A stretch of DNA of 64,000 bases from the human T2T-CHM13v2.0 reference genome, Homo sapiens (GCF_009914755.1 NC_060927.1); one strand, 5' to 3'; numbered from the stretch's first letter, positions 28,943 to 44,547 are shown. The notes: generated by a model from the letters alone, not told the origin. A program made the numbers and translations.

Positions 28943-30896
28943 TATCACTTGCTCATCTGCTTGTTTTTCTTCCAACATTTTATTGACATCTCTTATTTTG
29001 TACAATAACTACCCATGGTATTTTTCCCTAGTGAGATGAAGCAAAGATGTATGTGTATACCAGTCTATGTTTATATAGATATAGAATGTATTCTATTTTT
29101 ATAGTCCTCAGCTATTATATTTGATTTTTAAGAGTCGCTTCTATAAGTGCTTGAAAAAAAATTATCTCATGCCTTTGTGCCATTCTCCCCTCTTCCAAGC
29201 CTATAGAAACTTGACAGATGCTTCTGCAGAAGTACCAGTTAGGCAGACATCATCAAACATATATAAACACAAATTGGCTGCTTTTTTCTCTTTTCCCTTT
29301 CTCTTAGGAATTTCTGGCAATTCTGAACTAAGAGAAACGGGCAATGTTCTCCACTGTCTTTTAAAATATCCAAAATGAAAAAACGTTATTGTATAGGTAG
29401 ATGTAAAAATTAATGAAGCACATAAAGGAACAGATAGTGTTAGAGCACTTATTTCAGTATACATGACTACTATTGTTAAAAACATTGCAGACAAGAGTTT
29501 TGATTTATTAATTCTAAAAAAGATTTGCAGTGACTTCTTGTCCAATTTTCTACAAAAATATAATTTTTTATTGATTTTAAGTTAAAATTTGTCATAGTTT
29601 TGGCCAGAATTAGCAACAAAACGTATAGTTTTCTGCTCATTTCGATATACCATAGCATGCTAAATGAATATTCACATTTTTATAAATTTATGTTTTTTAG
29701 TTTTAAATAATTTTACTTTTCAATTATCCCTATGATTTATTTTTTCCTAAATGACTTCATTTATATATTTAACTGCATTAGGAGTTGGTTTTGTAATTAT
29801 CATTTATAACATTACCTGCAACCCTATCAATGTCAGTGGAGGCAAGCCTGTTTTTTTGGCAATAACATATATATGCAGTTTTCTTACATGTACAGTTAAA
29901 TTTCAGTTTATATTTTGAGATATGAGCATACACTATTATGCTAAGAGAACTAAACAATTATTAATACTCAAATTTTTTTATTTGTTATTGTGTTATGCTT
30001 ACAGTCACAGAGTAATGGTTTCATGACTGCTCTTTGTGTACCTTCTCAGTGAGTGTTATCGGGTTAGTAAAACTTTATAATCTCACTTTGGTTTCCCACT
30101 GCTAAGTGCTATGCATGTGTCACAAAAAATATTTTTCAACATGTCAAAAACAATGAAAATGTATGAATGAAATGAAAAGTAACAAGGAAAGAAATCAGCT
30201 ATGATTTTGGTTATGGGGGTCATAGTTCCAGAACCAGTTGGCTATAAAACACTTTATCCAATAATATTGTTTTATCCATATTTTTAGGAATGTTTATAAC
30301 GTGAATGTTGTTTCATCATGAGTTACAATCATATAAAACTGAATCCACATGGTAAATACAAGATGGTGTGTTTTCACTGGTGAGATTTTTATTTTTTTTA
30401 AATAGTGATGTTTCTTCTCTCACAAGTGATCATGCACCTTATTTTCTCCCTTATTCTTACTTAGAAGAGTATCTCATTATCTCCCTAATGAGAGATCTTG
30501 TGAAATCTGTCCTCCACTTTCAGATGCATAAAACAATGAGAAATTGGACCATTTCCTTCAAAAGATGTATTTTAAGTTCTATTCTTTCTTATTTTTGTCA
30601 ACACTTGGTCATATTTTCTTCTATTTTCTCATTATCTCCCTCTAATTTTAGTTTAGCAATCATGTGATTTTAAAATATAATCTGTCTTAAGTAATGAAGA
30701 TATTTTTATTTTTCACTAAATAAATTACATATTTGACAATACACATTTCAATTCCATCCTGATATTTAGTAGGTTCTGAATGTGCAAATAATATAATATT
30801 TTGCCTATCCTCTTGAGTATAAACAGTTTTCCAGAACTATTTGTGATAGTCATTGAGGGGCTCCACTCATTTCTCCCATCAAGAGAACCTAGTTAC

Positions 30897-31284
30897 TGTG
30901 ATATGTATAGGTGACAAATGGGCTTCAAATATCTGTTGCATTTCTGAATTCATGTTAAGGCCATACTCTCTCATGGGTGTTCCCAGCCAGTGACTAAGAT
31001 TTCTAGGGCTAATAGAACTGAGCTATTCCTGCTGATCACAGGAAATTTTTGATGGGAAATCTTTACTCCAGTTCTCCTCATTAGACATGGAATGAAATTT
31101 CACAGAGCTGCACTGTGAGAGAAGTTTCTCTTAGCCCTTTCTTCTTCCTTTATACATTACTGTCTGAAGGTTTCTCACTGCCTACTTCTTTGTCCTTTCT
31201 CCTTTATTTTTCAAATACAATTTTCCCAGTAAATATTGTGCATGTGTCTTCGTGTCTGCTTACAGAAAGGTCCAAAATGGTGCA
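30897..31284 (+). mobile_element. LTR16A-like solo LTR (ERVL)
   Basis: CCCAGCCAGTGACT...AGAGCTGCACTG...GTCTGAAGGTTTCTC...TTTCCCAGTAAATATTGTGCATGT...GTGTCTGCTT. Confidence 0.7.
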
Positions 31285-32374
31285 CTAGTGATTTTTGTAG
31301 TAAAATTACAAATTAGTAACAGCTAAAAATTGGTGTGGTAATATTTGTGAACTACTGTGCAAGTCACCATACTTAGTTGGTAATGCTGAAATCTAACATA
31401 AGCACACCTCAGTTTCTGGATACAAAGTAAATCACATTATTTCCCCTGCCAAGGATCTGGTGAATATATCCAGGGATTTCCAAAAGAGAATCGCGCATGT
31501 AATTACAGACCAAGGTGTGCCCAGTGTCTGCTTTGTTCTTTTTCCCAGGCTAAGGATATCCCTTGAAGATAATTATTGCCTTCAACTGACATGTGAATGC
31601 ATGTTTGTAAATGCCATAAATGCCACCGTTGTCTCTCAAGATTCTCAAAAACACAATTATTAAGAATACTAGGGAATTACCAGCAATAGGGAATTCCCAC
31701 ACTCCCTATAGAACATGTTGAAGAACCATTCTAACAGTGCTAAATGTTTCAATCAGTAAACCATTTCATCCAGGCCTTGAAATTAGACTGCTTGTGCCTA
31801 GAACATTTCAATATACAGAAACCAGATTCTGTATCTTCAAATAAATTGCCTGTAAAAGAATACTTCCAAAATATTTCTACAAGAAGAAGCAAGAATTTGT
31901 TGATATATCACGATGTAATAACCTCTTTAGAAATTAAGCCTATTCCTCAGATTTAAATTTCTTTAGAGTTGCAACTATATTTTTCACTGTAAGCAAGACT
32001 GTTTTGTAGATGTCTTTTAGGTCAAGAGTGTTTATGTTTAAGAGTTCTATATAATTTTTGATATCATGTCTGGTTGACATATCAATTATTGAGTGGAACA
32101 CTGAATTCTTCAACTATTTTTTGATGATTGTGCACTTCTTTCTTTAAACATATTTTGTTTGTCTATCAGTCAGCTTTATTCCCCAAATTTCAATATTAAT
32201 CTGACTCATCAAAATTATTCACAGCTTTAAATTATATTGTATCATTTCTCTACCCGAACATTTGTCTCTAGATAAGTCCTAAGGAAACTTTATTAAGATA
32301 TTCTCCAATTAAAAATTGTACTGGGAGGTATTAAACTTACAGTGTTTATTTTTAAAATGTACATTAAATCCAGA

Positions 32375-32814
32375 TGAATATTTGCTCAGGGACCTGGCGG
32401 GAAACAGATGGCACAATCAAACTGGGTATTTGAAGAAAGTTAAAAATAAAAAATTATTACAAATATGTTGGCTGGGTTTAGGGAATTTAAGAAGGGCAAT
32501 TTCAGTACCAGGGCTGGGAAGTCATTTCCACCCTAGGACTGAAGTGGCAAGGGGAGAAGGTGCTTACTAGAAAGCAAAGCATAGCTCTACAAAGAGGGTT
32601 TTGAAAGGACTTGCACCTAAAGAAAAATGCAGCCAACCTGTGACCCATCAGCTAGGGAGCTGCGGTACAAGTACCCCACGCCTCTTTTCTCCTGGTCTCC
32701 TATTTTCTACCGGTGCCTCTCATTGTCTGATCCAAGTAGCGAACTGAATGCAACCCCTTCTACTTAATCTTCCCAAGTAGACAGCAAGATGAGAAATAAT
32801 TAAGAATGGATGTG
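32375..32814 (-). mobile_element. LTR33-like LTR (ERVL), split by an L1; last ~30 bp resumes at 37620-37646
   Basis: GGAAACAGATGGCACAATCAAACTGGGTATTTGA...CACCCTAGGACTGAAGTGGCAAGGGGAG; continuation GAGAGCAAAGATAAAACATTCAGCACA. Confidence 0.7.
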
Positions 32815-33690
<876 letters not shown>

Positions 33691-36600
33691 TAAATATTGC
33701 CCAAAGCACTCAACAGATTCAACACAATTCTTATCAAATTACCAATGTCATTTTGAACAGAATTCAGAAAAACAGTACTGAAATTCATATGGAATTTAAA
33801 AAAAAGAGATCAAATAGCCAAAGCAATAGTAAGCAAAAAGAATAAAGCTGGATATATCACATTACCTGACTTCAGATTGTACTTTAAGGCTATGTAGTAA
33901 CCCACACAACATAGTACTGGTATAAAAATAGACCCAAAGATCAATTGAACAGAATAAAAAACCCAGAACAAAAGTGAAATACCTACAACCAACTGATCTT
34001 TGATAAAGTTTACAAAAATATACACTAGAGAAAGGACACTCTATTCAATAAAAGATGCTTGGAAAATCAGGTAGCTATATGCAGAAGCATAAAACTGGAC
34101 CCCATCTCTCATCATATAAAAATTAAGTTAAGATGAATTAAACTCTCAAAACTATCAATGTAAGACTTGAAACTAAAGTTCCTAGGTAAAATTTATGAAA
34201 ACCTCTTCTGGACAGTGGCCTAAGCAAAGAATTTATGACTTAAGTCCTCAAAAGCAAACACTACCAACACAAACATAGACAAATTGGACTTAATTAAACT
34301 AAAAAGCTTTTTACAGCCAAAGAAACGATTAACAGAGTATGTAGGCAACTTACAGAATGGGAGAAATATTTGCAAACTATGCATTCGACAAAGGGCTATT
34401 ATCCAGAATCTACAAGGAACTTGAAAAGCTCAATGAGAAAAAAGCAAATAAGCCAATAAAAAGTGGGCAAATGACATAAAAAAATTCTCAAAGGAAAACA
34501 CCCAAGTGGCCCAAAAACCTATTAAAATGCTAAACATCATTAATTATCAGAAAAATGTAAACTAAAATTACAATGAGCTATTATCTTATACCAGTCAATA
34601 TGGCTGTTATTAAAAAGTCCAAAAACAACAAATGTTGGCAAGGATACAGAGAAAAGGAGACACACACTCCTTGTCAGAATGTAAATTAGTACAACCTCTA
34701 CAGAAAACAGTATGGAAATTCCTCAGAGAACTAAAAATAGAGCTGCTATTTGATTCAGCATTCCTACTCCTAGGTTTCATCTAACCTATAGAAAAGAAAC
34801 CATTATAGTAAAAAGTCACTGTTATTAGTCTGTTCTCACACTGCTAATAAATACATACCTAAGACTGGGTAATTTATAAAAGAAAGAGATTTAATTGACT
34901 CATAGTTCCACATGGCTGGGGAGGCATAATTATGGCTGAAGGTGAATGATAAGCAAAGTCACGACTTACATGGCAGCAGGCAAGAAGGCATGTGTAGGGG
35001 AACTCCAATTTATAAAACCATTCAGATCTCATAAGACTTATTAACTATCATGAGAACAGCATGGGAAAACCCTTTGCCCATGATTCAATTACCTCCCACC
35101 ACATCCCTCCCATGACACATGGGGATTATTACAATTCCAGCTTAGATTTGGGTGGAGACACAGAGCCAAATTGTATCATTCCACCCTTGGTCCTTCCCAA
35201 ATCTCACGTCCTCACATTTCAAAACTAATCATGCCTTCAAGTCTTAACTCATTTCAGCATTAACTCAAAAGTCCACAGTCTAAAGTCTCCTCTAAGACAA
35301 GGCAAGTTCCTTCTACTTATGAGCCTGTATAATCAAAAGCAAATTACTTCCTAGATATAATGTGGGTACAGGCATTGGGTAAATACACCTGTTCCAAATG
35401 GGAAAAATTGGCCCCAAAAAAGGGGCTACAGGCCCCATGCAAGTCCAAAATCCAGTGGGGTAGTCAAATCTTAAAGCTCCAAAATGATCTCCTTTGACTC
35501 CATGTCTTGTATCTGGGTCATACTGATGCAAGAGGTGGGCTCCCATGACCTTGAACAGCTCCACCCCTGTGGCTTTGCAGGCTACAGTCCCCTTCCAATT
35601 GCTTTCACAGTCTGGCGATGAATGTTTGCAGCTTTTCTAGGTGCTGTCGGTGAATCTACCATTCTGGAATCTGGAGGATGATGGCCCTCTTCTCATAGCT
35701 CCACTAGGCAGTGCCCCGGTGCAGACACAGTGTGAGGGTTCCAACCTCACATTTCCCTTGTGCACTGCCCTAGCAGAGGTTCTCCATGAGGGTCAGGCCC
35801 CTGCAACAACCTTCTGCCTGGACACCCAGACGTTTTCATACATCCTGCAAAATCTAGGCAGAGGTTCCGAAACCTCGATTCTTGACTTCTGTGTACCTGC
35901 AGGTTCAACACCATGTGGAAGCTGACAAGGTTTAGGGCATGCACTCTCTGAAGTCATGGCCCAAGCTGTACCTTGGCCCTTTTTAACCACAGCTAAGGTG
36001 GCTGGGATGCAGGGTACCAAGTCCCTAGGATTCACAGAGCACGGGGATCCTGGGCTGGGCCCAAGAAACCATTTTTTCCTCCTAGGCCTCCAGTCCTGTG
36101 ATGGGAAGGGCTGCTGTGAAGGTCTCTGACATGCCCTGGAGACATGTTTTTCACTGTCATGGAGATTAATATTTGGCCCCTCATTACTTATGTAAATTTC
36201 TGCAGCTGGCTTGAATTTGTCCTCATAAATAGGTTTTTTTTTTCTATTGCATCATCAGGCAGCAAATTTTCCAAACTTTTATGCTTTGCTTTCTTTTCAA
36301 ACATAAATTCTAATTCCAAGTGATATATTTGTGAATATGTAAAATTGAATGCTTTGAACTGCACCCAAATCACCTCTTGAATGCTTTCTGCTTAGAAATT
36401 TCTTCCGACAGATACCCTAAATCATCTTTCTCAAGTTCAAAGTTCCACAGATCTCTAGGGCAGAGGCAAAATGCCACCAATCTCTGCTAAGGCATAACAA
36501 GAGTCACCTTTGCTCCAATTCCCAACAAGTCCCTCACCTCCATCTGAGACCCCCTCAGCCTGGACATTATTGTCCGTTTCACTGTTAGTATTTTCATCGC

Positions 36601-37608
36601 TATTCAATTCTCTATAAGTTCCAAACTTTCCCATATCATCCTGTCTTTGGAGCCCTCTAAAGTGTCCCAAACTCTGCCTGTTACCCAGTTCCAAAGTTGT
36701 TTCCACATTTTTGGGTATCTTTACAGCCACACCCCACTTAACTGGTACCAATTTACTGTATTAGTTGGTTGTCATGCTGCTAATAAAGATATGTGTGAGA
36801 CTGGGTAATTTATAAAGAAAAGAGATTTAATTGATTCACAGTTCCACATGACTGGGGAGGCTTCACAATCATGGCTGAAGGCAAATGAGGAGCAAAGTCA
36901 CATCTTACATGATGGCAGGCAAGAGGGCATGTGCAAGGGAACTCTCCTTTATAAAACCATCAAATCTCATAAGTCTTATTCACTATCATGAGAACAATAC
37001 AGGAAAACTCCACCCCCATGATTCACTTACCTCCCACCAGTGCCTCCCAGGACATGCGGGGATTATTAAAATTCAAGGTTAGATTTGGGTGGGGACATAG
37101 AGCCAAATCATATCAGTCACCTTTACTGGTATGTTAATGACCATACTATTCACAATAGTATAGTCATGGAATTAAGTGTCTGTTGATGGATAACTGAATA
37201 AAGAAAATGCAGTGGGTAGACACACACACACACACATACATATACATACCAGGAATACTACACAGCTATAAAAAGGAATTAAATCATATCTTTTGCAGCA
37301 ACATAGACAGAACTGGAGGGCATTATTCTAAGTGAAGTGACTCAGAAACATAAAGTTAAAAAAATGGTACGTTCTTACTTATAAGTAAGAGCTAGACAAT
37401 GGACATACAAAGAGGAGTAATAGATTTTGGAGACTCCAAAATATGGTAGGATGGGAGGAGGTTAAGAATGAAATATTACCTACTGGGTACAATGTATGCT
37501 ATCCAGGTAATGGGTACCCTAAAAGCCCAGAATTTCCCACTACACAATGTATCCATAAAATACAAATGCATTTGTGTTCACTAAATCTATAAAGATTAAA
37601 AAAAAAAA
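33691..37608 (+). mobile_element. Sense 3' segment of the same L1PB-type element (ORF2 3' part, 3'UTR, A tail), interrupted by THE1
   Basis: TTGCCCAAAGCACTCAACAGATTCAA...; 3' end TTACCTACTGGGTACAATGTA...AAAAGCCCAGA...poly-A; TSD core ATGGATGTG at 32806-32814 and 37611-37619. Confidence 0.9.
34820..37115 (-). mobile_element. Complete THE1 (C/D-like) MaLR element: LTR 34820-35178, internal 35179-36756, LTR 36757-37115
   Basis: Two ~359-bp direct-repeat LTRs with TG...CA ends, ~1.58-kb internal region, perfect 5-bp TSD GTCAC at 34815-34819 and 37116-37120. Confidence 0.96.
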
Positions 37609-37689
37609 TCATGGATGTGGAGAGCAAAGATAAAACATTCAGCACAATATCTAAATGTTTAAATCTCCTTTCCCTAGTAATTCAAATCA

Positions 37690-37890
37690 GTGTGAAATAG
37701 TGGAAAAAGCAAGGGCTTAGGAGTCCCATAGATCTGATTTTGACCCTGGGTCCCCACCATCTTTTTTTTGTTTCCTTGAACTTTTTTACTTAACCCCTCT
37801 AAGCACTTCAAATTTTCTATGGACATTTAAGATAATACATGCAGAGCACTGAGCTCAGTTAGACACCAAATGCATACTAACAGCTCTAAT
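37690..37890 (+). mobile_element. MIR
   Basis: ATAGTGGAAAAAGCAAGGGCTTAGGAGTC...TTACTTAACCCCTCTAAGC. Confidence 0.55.
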
Positions 37891-38396
37891 TATTTCTGAT
37901 TAATGAACAGGATCATAACTTAAATTGCTTTTATGTAAATGAAACCCCACATATCCCTATGCCAGTACACACTGTTCTAAAATTGAAAGAATTTTCAATT
38001 GAAAATTGAAAGTAAAAACTAGGGCGGAAATTTTTAAAGTACCAAACATCACCTAAGAAATTCGTTAAAATGTACATTCCTGAACCCTTACATATAGATT
38101 TGGTTTATTCTTTCTGGAAAAGTTCCCAGGAATTTGTCTTTTTAAAAAGAATCTGATTTGTTCCTGATGTTGGCGGCCTATCGGACCAATTTGACTCCCT
38201 CCCATAAATACGCATGTGTAACCTATAGTAGTGTGTTCATTTATTAATTTGTATGAATATATAAATGTAAATCAGTTAATTCAGTTTTTAACTTTTAGAA
38301 TTACCTGTAGTTGATATACAGTTGTAAGTGGAGAATGGGGTAACATATTAAATATAATAAACATAATTAATAATAAATCTGGAAACATTAGATATA

Positions 38397-39274
38397 CAGT
38401 CATACATTGATTAACAACAGAAATACAATCTGAGAAATGCATTCTTAGGTGATTTTCTGATTGTGTGAACAACACAGAGTGTATTTACACAAACCTGGAT
38501 GGTATAGCCTACTACACATCTAGGCTATATAGTACAGCCTATTGCTCCTAGGCTACAAACCCATATAGCATATTACTGTACAGCATATTGCTGAACTAAA
38601 TACTCTAGAAAATTGTAGCACAGTAGTATTTGTATATCTAAACATAGAAATGATACAGTAAAAAAATATGATATACAAAATAAAAATGGTACACTTGTAA
38701 AGGGAAGTTACCATGAATGGAGCTTGCAGGACAGGAAAGCTATAGCTTTTTTCTTCATAAACTTTTAGTTGTGTTAACCTTTGACTCTTGGAATAACATT
38801 TAGCTTAAAACAAACACAATGTATGGCTGTAAAAAATATTTTCTTTCTTTATGTTATTATACAAGCTTTCTTAAATCTTTATTTATTTTTACTTTAAAAA
38901 AATTTTATTAGAAAACTAAGACATAAACACACACGCTAGCCTAGGCCTACACAGGATCAAAATCATGAATATCACTGTCTTCCACCTCCACATCTTGTCC
39001 CACTGGAAGGTCTCCAGGAGCATTAACACACATGGAGCTGGAATCACCTATGATAATGTGTTTTTCTGAGATATCTCCTTAAGGAACTGCCTGAGGCTGT
39101 TTTACAGTTAACGTTTTGTTTTTGTAAGTAGAAGGGGTATACTCTAAAGTAATAGTTTACTAAAATATTGTATAATAAATACTAAGCGATAGGAATTTTT
39201 CAGCTCCATCATAATCTTACGGGATTACCATCACATATGTAATCTGCTGCTGAACAAAACATCTTTATGTGGCC
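38397..39274 (+). mobile_element. Tigger3b/Golem-type DNA transposon (internally deleted)
   Basis: TA-CAGTCAT start, TCTGAGAAATGCATTCTTAGGTGATTTT, ACAAACCTGGATGGTATAGCCTACTACAC, CCTATTGCTCCTAGGCTACAAACC; right TIR eroded. Confidence 0.88.
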
Positions 39275-41044
39275 CAGGCAATCTCATTTTATTTGTGCAA
39301 TTTCTCTTTATTTACACACTCAAATAGAATTGGAATGATTAATCTATTCACTCACTCCAGATAGCATAATTAATTTTTAGTCATCAAAATTTATGACATT
39401 TATTTATTGAAATGTTATCTCTTTTATATGAAATTTACAATTTATGTCATTATAAATGTACTTTGCTATCTATAGCTACCTAATGCATATATTTCAGTTT
39501 TTGTTTTAATATATCATTTGAAATTTAAATTTAAGATGTATTAAGATTATTCTAGTTTTATTAATCAGGGCTTTCATTGTCATACAAATGAGACAACTGT
39601 CTGCTAGGTTCCGAATGAATGAATTCTACCTAGTTAACGAGCATAATGAAAAAGTAACTATGGCTGATACCAATTAACTCTTTATAATGTTATTCACCAC
39701 TGAAATGTGCCAGTATTTGATTTATAGATGGCCAAATAGGAATAGCTCTGGTCTGCAGCTCACAGGGAGATCAACACAGAAGGCTGGCGATTTCTGCATT
39801 TCCAACTGAGGTACCCAGCTCATCTCACTGGGACTGGTTAGACAGTGGGTGCAGCCCATGGAGGGCAAGCTGAAGCAGGGCAGGGCATTACCTCATTTGG
39901 GAAGCACAAGGGGTTGGAGAACTCCCACCCCTAAGCCAAGGGAAGCCATGAGGGACTGTGCCATGTGGAATGGTATATTCTGGCCCAGATACTACACTTT
40001 TCCCTCAGTCATCACAATCTATAGATCAGGAGATTCCCTCGGGTGCCTACACCACCAGGGCCCTGGGTTTCAAGCACAAAACTGGGCAGCCGTTTGGCCA
40101 GACACTGAGCTAGCTGCAGGAGTTTTTTTTTCACAACCCAGTGGTGCCTGGAACACCAGTGAGAGAGAACCATTCACTCCCCTGGAAAGGGGACTGAAGC
40201 CAGGGAGCCGAGTCGTCTAGCTCAGCAGATCCCACCCCCATGGAGACCAGCAAGCTAAGATCCGCTGGCTTGACATTCTCACTGCCAGCACAGCAGTCTG
40301 AAGTCAACCTGGAATGCTTGAGCTTGGTGGAGGGAGGGGTGTCCACCATTACTGAGGCTTGCATAGGAGGTTTTTCTCCTCACAGTGTAAACAAAGCCAC
40401 TGGGAAGTTCAAACTGGGCTGAGTCCACCACAGCTCAGCAAAGCTACTGTAGCCAGACTTCCTCTCTAGATTCCTCCTCTCTGAGCAGGGCATCTCTGAA
40501 AGAAAGGCAGTAGCCCCAGTCAGGGGCTTGTAGATAAAACTCCCATCTCCCTGGGACACAGCACCAGGGGAAGGGGTGGCTGTGGGTGCAGCTTCAGCAG
40601 ACTTAAAAGTTTCTGCCTGCTGGCTCTGAAGAGAGCAGTGGATCTCCTAGCACAGCACTTTAGCTCTGTTAAGGAGCAGACTGCCTGCTCAAATGGCTCC
40701 CTGAGCCCTGTGCCTCCTGACTGAGAGACAACTCCCAGCAGGGGTCGACAGATACCTCATACAGGAGAGCTCTGGCTGGCATCTGGTGGGTGCCCCCCTT
40801 GGACGAAGCTTTTAGAGAAAGGAACAGGCAGCAATCATTTCTGTTCTGCAGCCTCTGCTGGTGATACCCAGGCAAACAGGGTCTGGAGTGGACCTCCAGC
40901 AAACTCCAGCAGAGCTGCAGCAGAGGGGCCTGTTAGAAGGAAAACTAACAAATGGAAAGGAATAGTATCAGCATCAACAGAAAGGACATCCACACAAAAA
41001 CCCCATCCAAAGGTCACCATCAAACACCAAAGATAGATAAATCC

Positions 41045-42072
41045 ATGAAGAGGAGGAAAAATGAGTGCAAAAAGACTGAAAATTCCAAAAACCAGAATGC
41101 CTCTTCTCCTCCAGAGGATCACAACTCCTTGCCAGCAAGGGAACAAAACTGAACAAAGAATGAGTTTGACAAATTGACAGAAGTAGGCTTCAGCAGGTTG
41201 GTAATAACAAAATCCTCTGAGCTAAAGGAGCATGTTCTAACCCAATGCAAGAAAGTTAAAAGCCTTGAAAAAAGGCTAGAGAAATTGCTAACTAGAATAA
41301 CCAGTTTAAAGAATAACATAAATCAACTGATGAAGGTGAAAAACACAGCACAAGAACTTTGTGAAACATACACAAGTATCAATAGCCAAATCAATCAAAT
41401 GGAAGAAAGGATATCAGAGATTGAAGATCAACTTATGAAATAAAGTGTGAAGACAAGATTAGAGAAAAAAGAATCAAAAGGAAGAAACAAAGCCTCCAAG
41501 AAATATGGGTCTATGTGAAAAGACAAAACTTATGTTTGATTGGTGTACCTGAAAGTGGCGGGGAGAATGGAGCCAAGTTAGAAAACACTCTTCAGGATAT
41601 TATCCAGGAGAACATCCCCAACCTAGCAAGAGAGGCCAACATTCAAATTCAAGAAATACAGAGAACACCACAAAGATACTCCTTGAGAAGAGCAATCCCA
41701 AGAAACCTAATCATCAGATTCACCAAACTTGAAATGAAGGAAAAAATGTTAAGGGCAGCCAGAGAGAAAGGTCGGGTTATCCATAATGGGAGGCCCATCA
41801 GACTAACAGCGGTTCTCTCGGCAGAAACACTATAAGCCAGAAGAGAGTGGGGGCCAATATTCAGCATTCTTAAAGAAAATAATTTTCAACCCAGAATTTC
41901 ATATCACATCAAACTAAGCTTCATAAGTGGAGAAATAAAATCCTTTACAGACAAGCAAATGCTGAGAGATTTTGTCACCACCAGGCCTGCCTCACAAGAG
42001 CTCCAGAAGGAAGCACTAAATATGGAAAGGAACAACCAGTACCAGACATTGCAAAAACATATCAAATTGTAA
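41045..42072 (+). pseudogene. Disrupted L1 ORF1p
   Basis: Fragments KRQNLCLIGVPE...LENTLQDIIQENIPNLAR...IIRFTKLEMKEKMLRAAREKG broken by stops and frameshifts. Confidence 0.9.
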
Positions 42073-42135
42073 AGATCGTTGACACTATGAACAAACTGCA
42101 TCAACTAACGGGCAAAATAACTAGCTAGTATCATA

Positions 42136-44547
42136 ATAACAGGATAGAATTCACACATAACAATATTAACCTTAAACATAAATGGGCTAAGTGCCCCAAT
42201 TAAAAGACACTAACTGGCAAATTGGATAAAGAGTCAAGACCCATCAGTGTGCTGTATTCAGGAGACCCATCTCACATGCAAAAACACACAAAGGAATTTC
42301 AAAATAAAGGAACGAAGGAATATTTACTAAGCAAATGGAAAGAAAAAGAAGGAGGGGTTGCAATCCTAGTCTCTGATAAAACAGACTTTAAACCAACAAA
42401 GTTCAAAAGAGACAAAGGAGGGCATTACATAATGGTAAAGGGATCAAAGAAACAAGAAGAGCTAACTCTCCAATATATATATACCTAATAGAGGAGCACC
42501 CAGATTCATAAAGCAATTTCTTAGAGACCTATAAACATACGTAGACTCCCAGACAATAATAGTGGGAGACTTTAACATCCTACTGTCAATATTAGACAGA
42601 ACAATGAGACAGAAATTTAACAAGGATATTCAGGGGTTGAACTCAGCTCTGGACCAAGCAGACCTTATGGACATCTACAGAACACTCCACCCCAAATCAA
42701 CAGAATATACATTCTTTTCAGCACCACATCACACTTATTCTAAAATTGACCATGTAATTGGAAGTAAAACACTCCTCAGCAAATGCAAAAGAACAGAAAT
42801 CATAATAAACAGTCTCTCAGACCACAGTGCAATCAAATTAGAGCTCAAGATTAAGAAACTCACTCAAAATTGCACAACCACATGAAACTGAACAACACGC
42901 TCCTGAATGACTGTTGTATAAATAAATTAAGGCAGAAATAAATAAGTTATTTGAAACCAGTGAAAACAAAGACACGATGTACCAGAATCTCATGGACACA
43001 GTTAAAGTAGTGTTGAGAGGGAAATTTATAGCACTAAATGCCCACAGGAGAAAGTGGGAAAGATCTAAAATTGACATACTGACATCACAATTAAAAGAAC
43101 TAAAGAAGCAAGAGCAAACAAATTCAAAAGCTAGCAGAAGACAAGAAATAACTAAGATCAGAGCAGAACTGAAGGAGACAGAGACACTAAAAAAAAAACC
43201 TTCAAAAAATCAATAAAACCAGGGGCTGGTTTTTTGAAAAGATTAACAAAATAGATAGACTGTTACCCATACTAATAAAGAAGAATAGAGAGAAGAATCA
43301 AATAGACACAATAAATAACAATAAAGGGGATATCACTACTGATCCCACAGAAATACATACTACCATCAGCTAATACTATAAACACCTCTACGCAAATAAA
43401 CTAGAAAATCTAGAAGAAATGGATAAATTCATGGACAAATATACCCTCCCAAAACTAAACTAGGAAGAAGTCCAATCCCTGAATGGACCAATAACAAGTT
43501 CTGAAATTGAGGCAGTTAATTATTAGCCTACCAACCAAAAAAATACCTCAGGACCAGACAGATTCACAGGCAAATTTTACCAGAGGTACAAAGAGGAGCT
43601 GGTACCATTCCTTCTGAAACTATTCCAAACAACAGAAAAAGAGGAAATCCTCCCTAACTCATTTTACGAGGTCAGCGTCATCCTGATAGCAAAACCTGAT
43701 AGAGACACAACAAAAGAAGAAAATTTCAGGCCAATATCCCTGATGAACATCCATGAGAAAATCCTCAATAAAATACTGGCAAACCAAATCCAGCATCACA
43801 TCAAAAAGCTTATTTACCATGATCAAGTTGGTTTCATCCCTGGGATGCAAGGCTGGTTCAACATACTCAAATCAATAAATGTAATCCATACACAGACAGA
43901 ACCAATGACAAAAACCACATGATTATCTCAACAGATGCAGAAAAGGCCTTCATTAAAATTCAACATCACTTTATGCTAAAAACTCAATAAACTAGGTATT
44001 GATGGAACGTATCTCAAAATAATAAGAGCTATTTATGACAAACCCACAGCCAATATCAGACTGAAGGGCAAAAGCTGGAAGCACTCCCTTTGAAAAGTGG
44101 CACAAGATAAGGATGCCCTCTCTCACAACTCCTATTCAACATAGTATTGGAAGTTCTGGCCAGGGCAATCAGGCAAGAGAAAGAAATAAAGGATACTCAA
44201 ATAGGAAGAGAGGAAGTCAAATTGTTTCTGTTTGCAGATGACATGACTGTGTATTTAGAAAATCAAAACCGGATGTGGTGGCTCATGCCTGTAATCCCAA
44301 AACTTTGTGAGGCTGAGGTGGGCAGATCACCTGAGGTCAGGAGTTCGAGACTAGCCTGACCAACATGGAGAAACCCTGTCACTAGTAAAAATACAAAATT
44401 AGCTGGGTGTGGTGGCACATGCCTGTAATCCCAGCTACTCAGGAGGCTGAGGCAGGAGAATAGCTTGAACCCAGAAGGCAGAGGCGTGGTGAGCCAAGAT
44501 TGTTCCACTGCATTTCAGCTTGGAAAAAAAGAGTGAAACTCCATCAC

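Noticed and set aside
29121-29658. Overlapping 60-114-aa ORFs in unique DNA
   Set aside because: No domain similarity and an AT-driven residue bias; consistent with chance ORFs
35313-36751. Several 60-98-aa ORFs in the THE1 internal region
   Set aside because: Fragments of the decayed MaLR internal sequence; no intact frame
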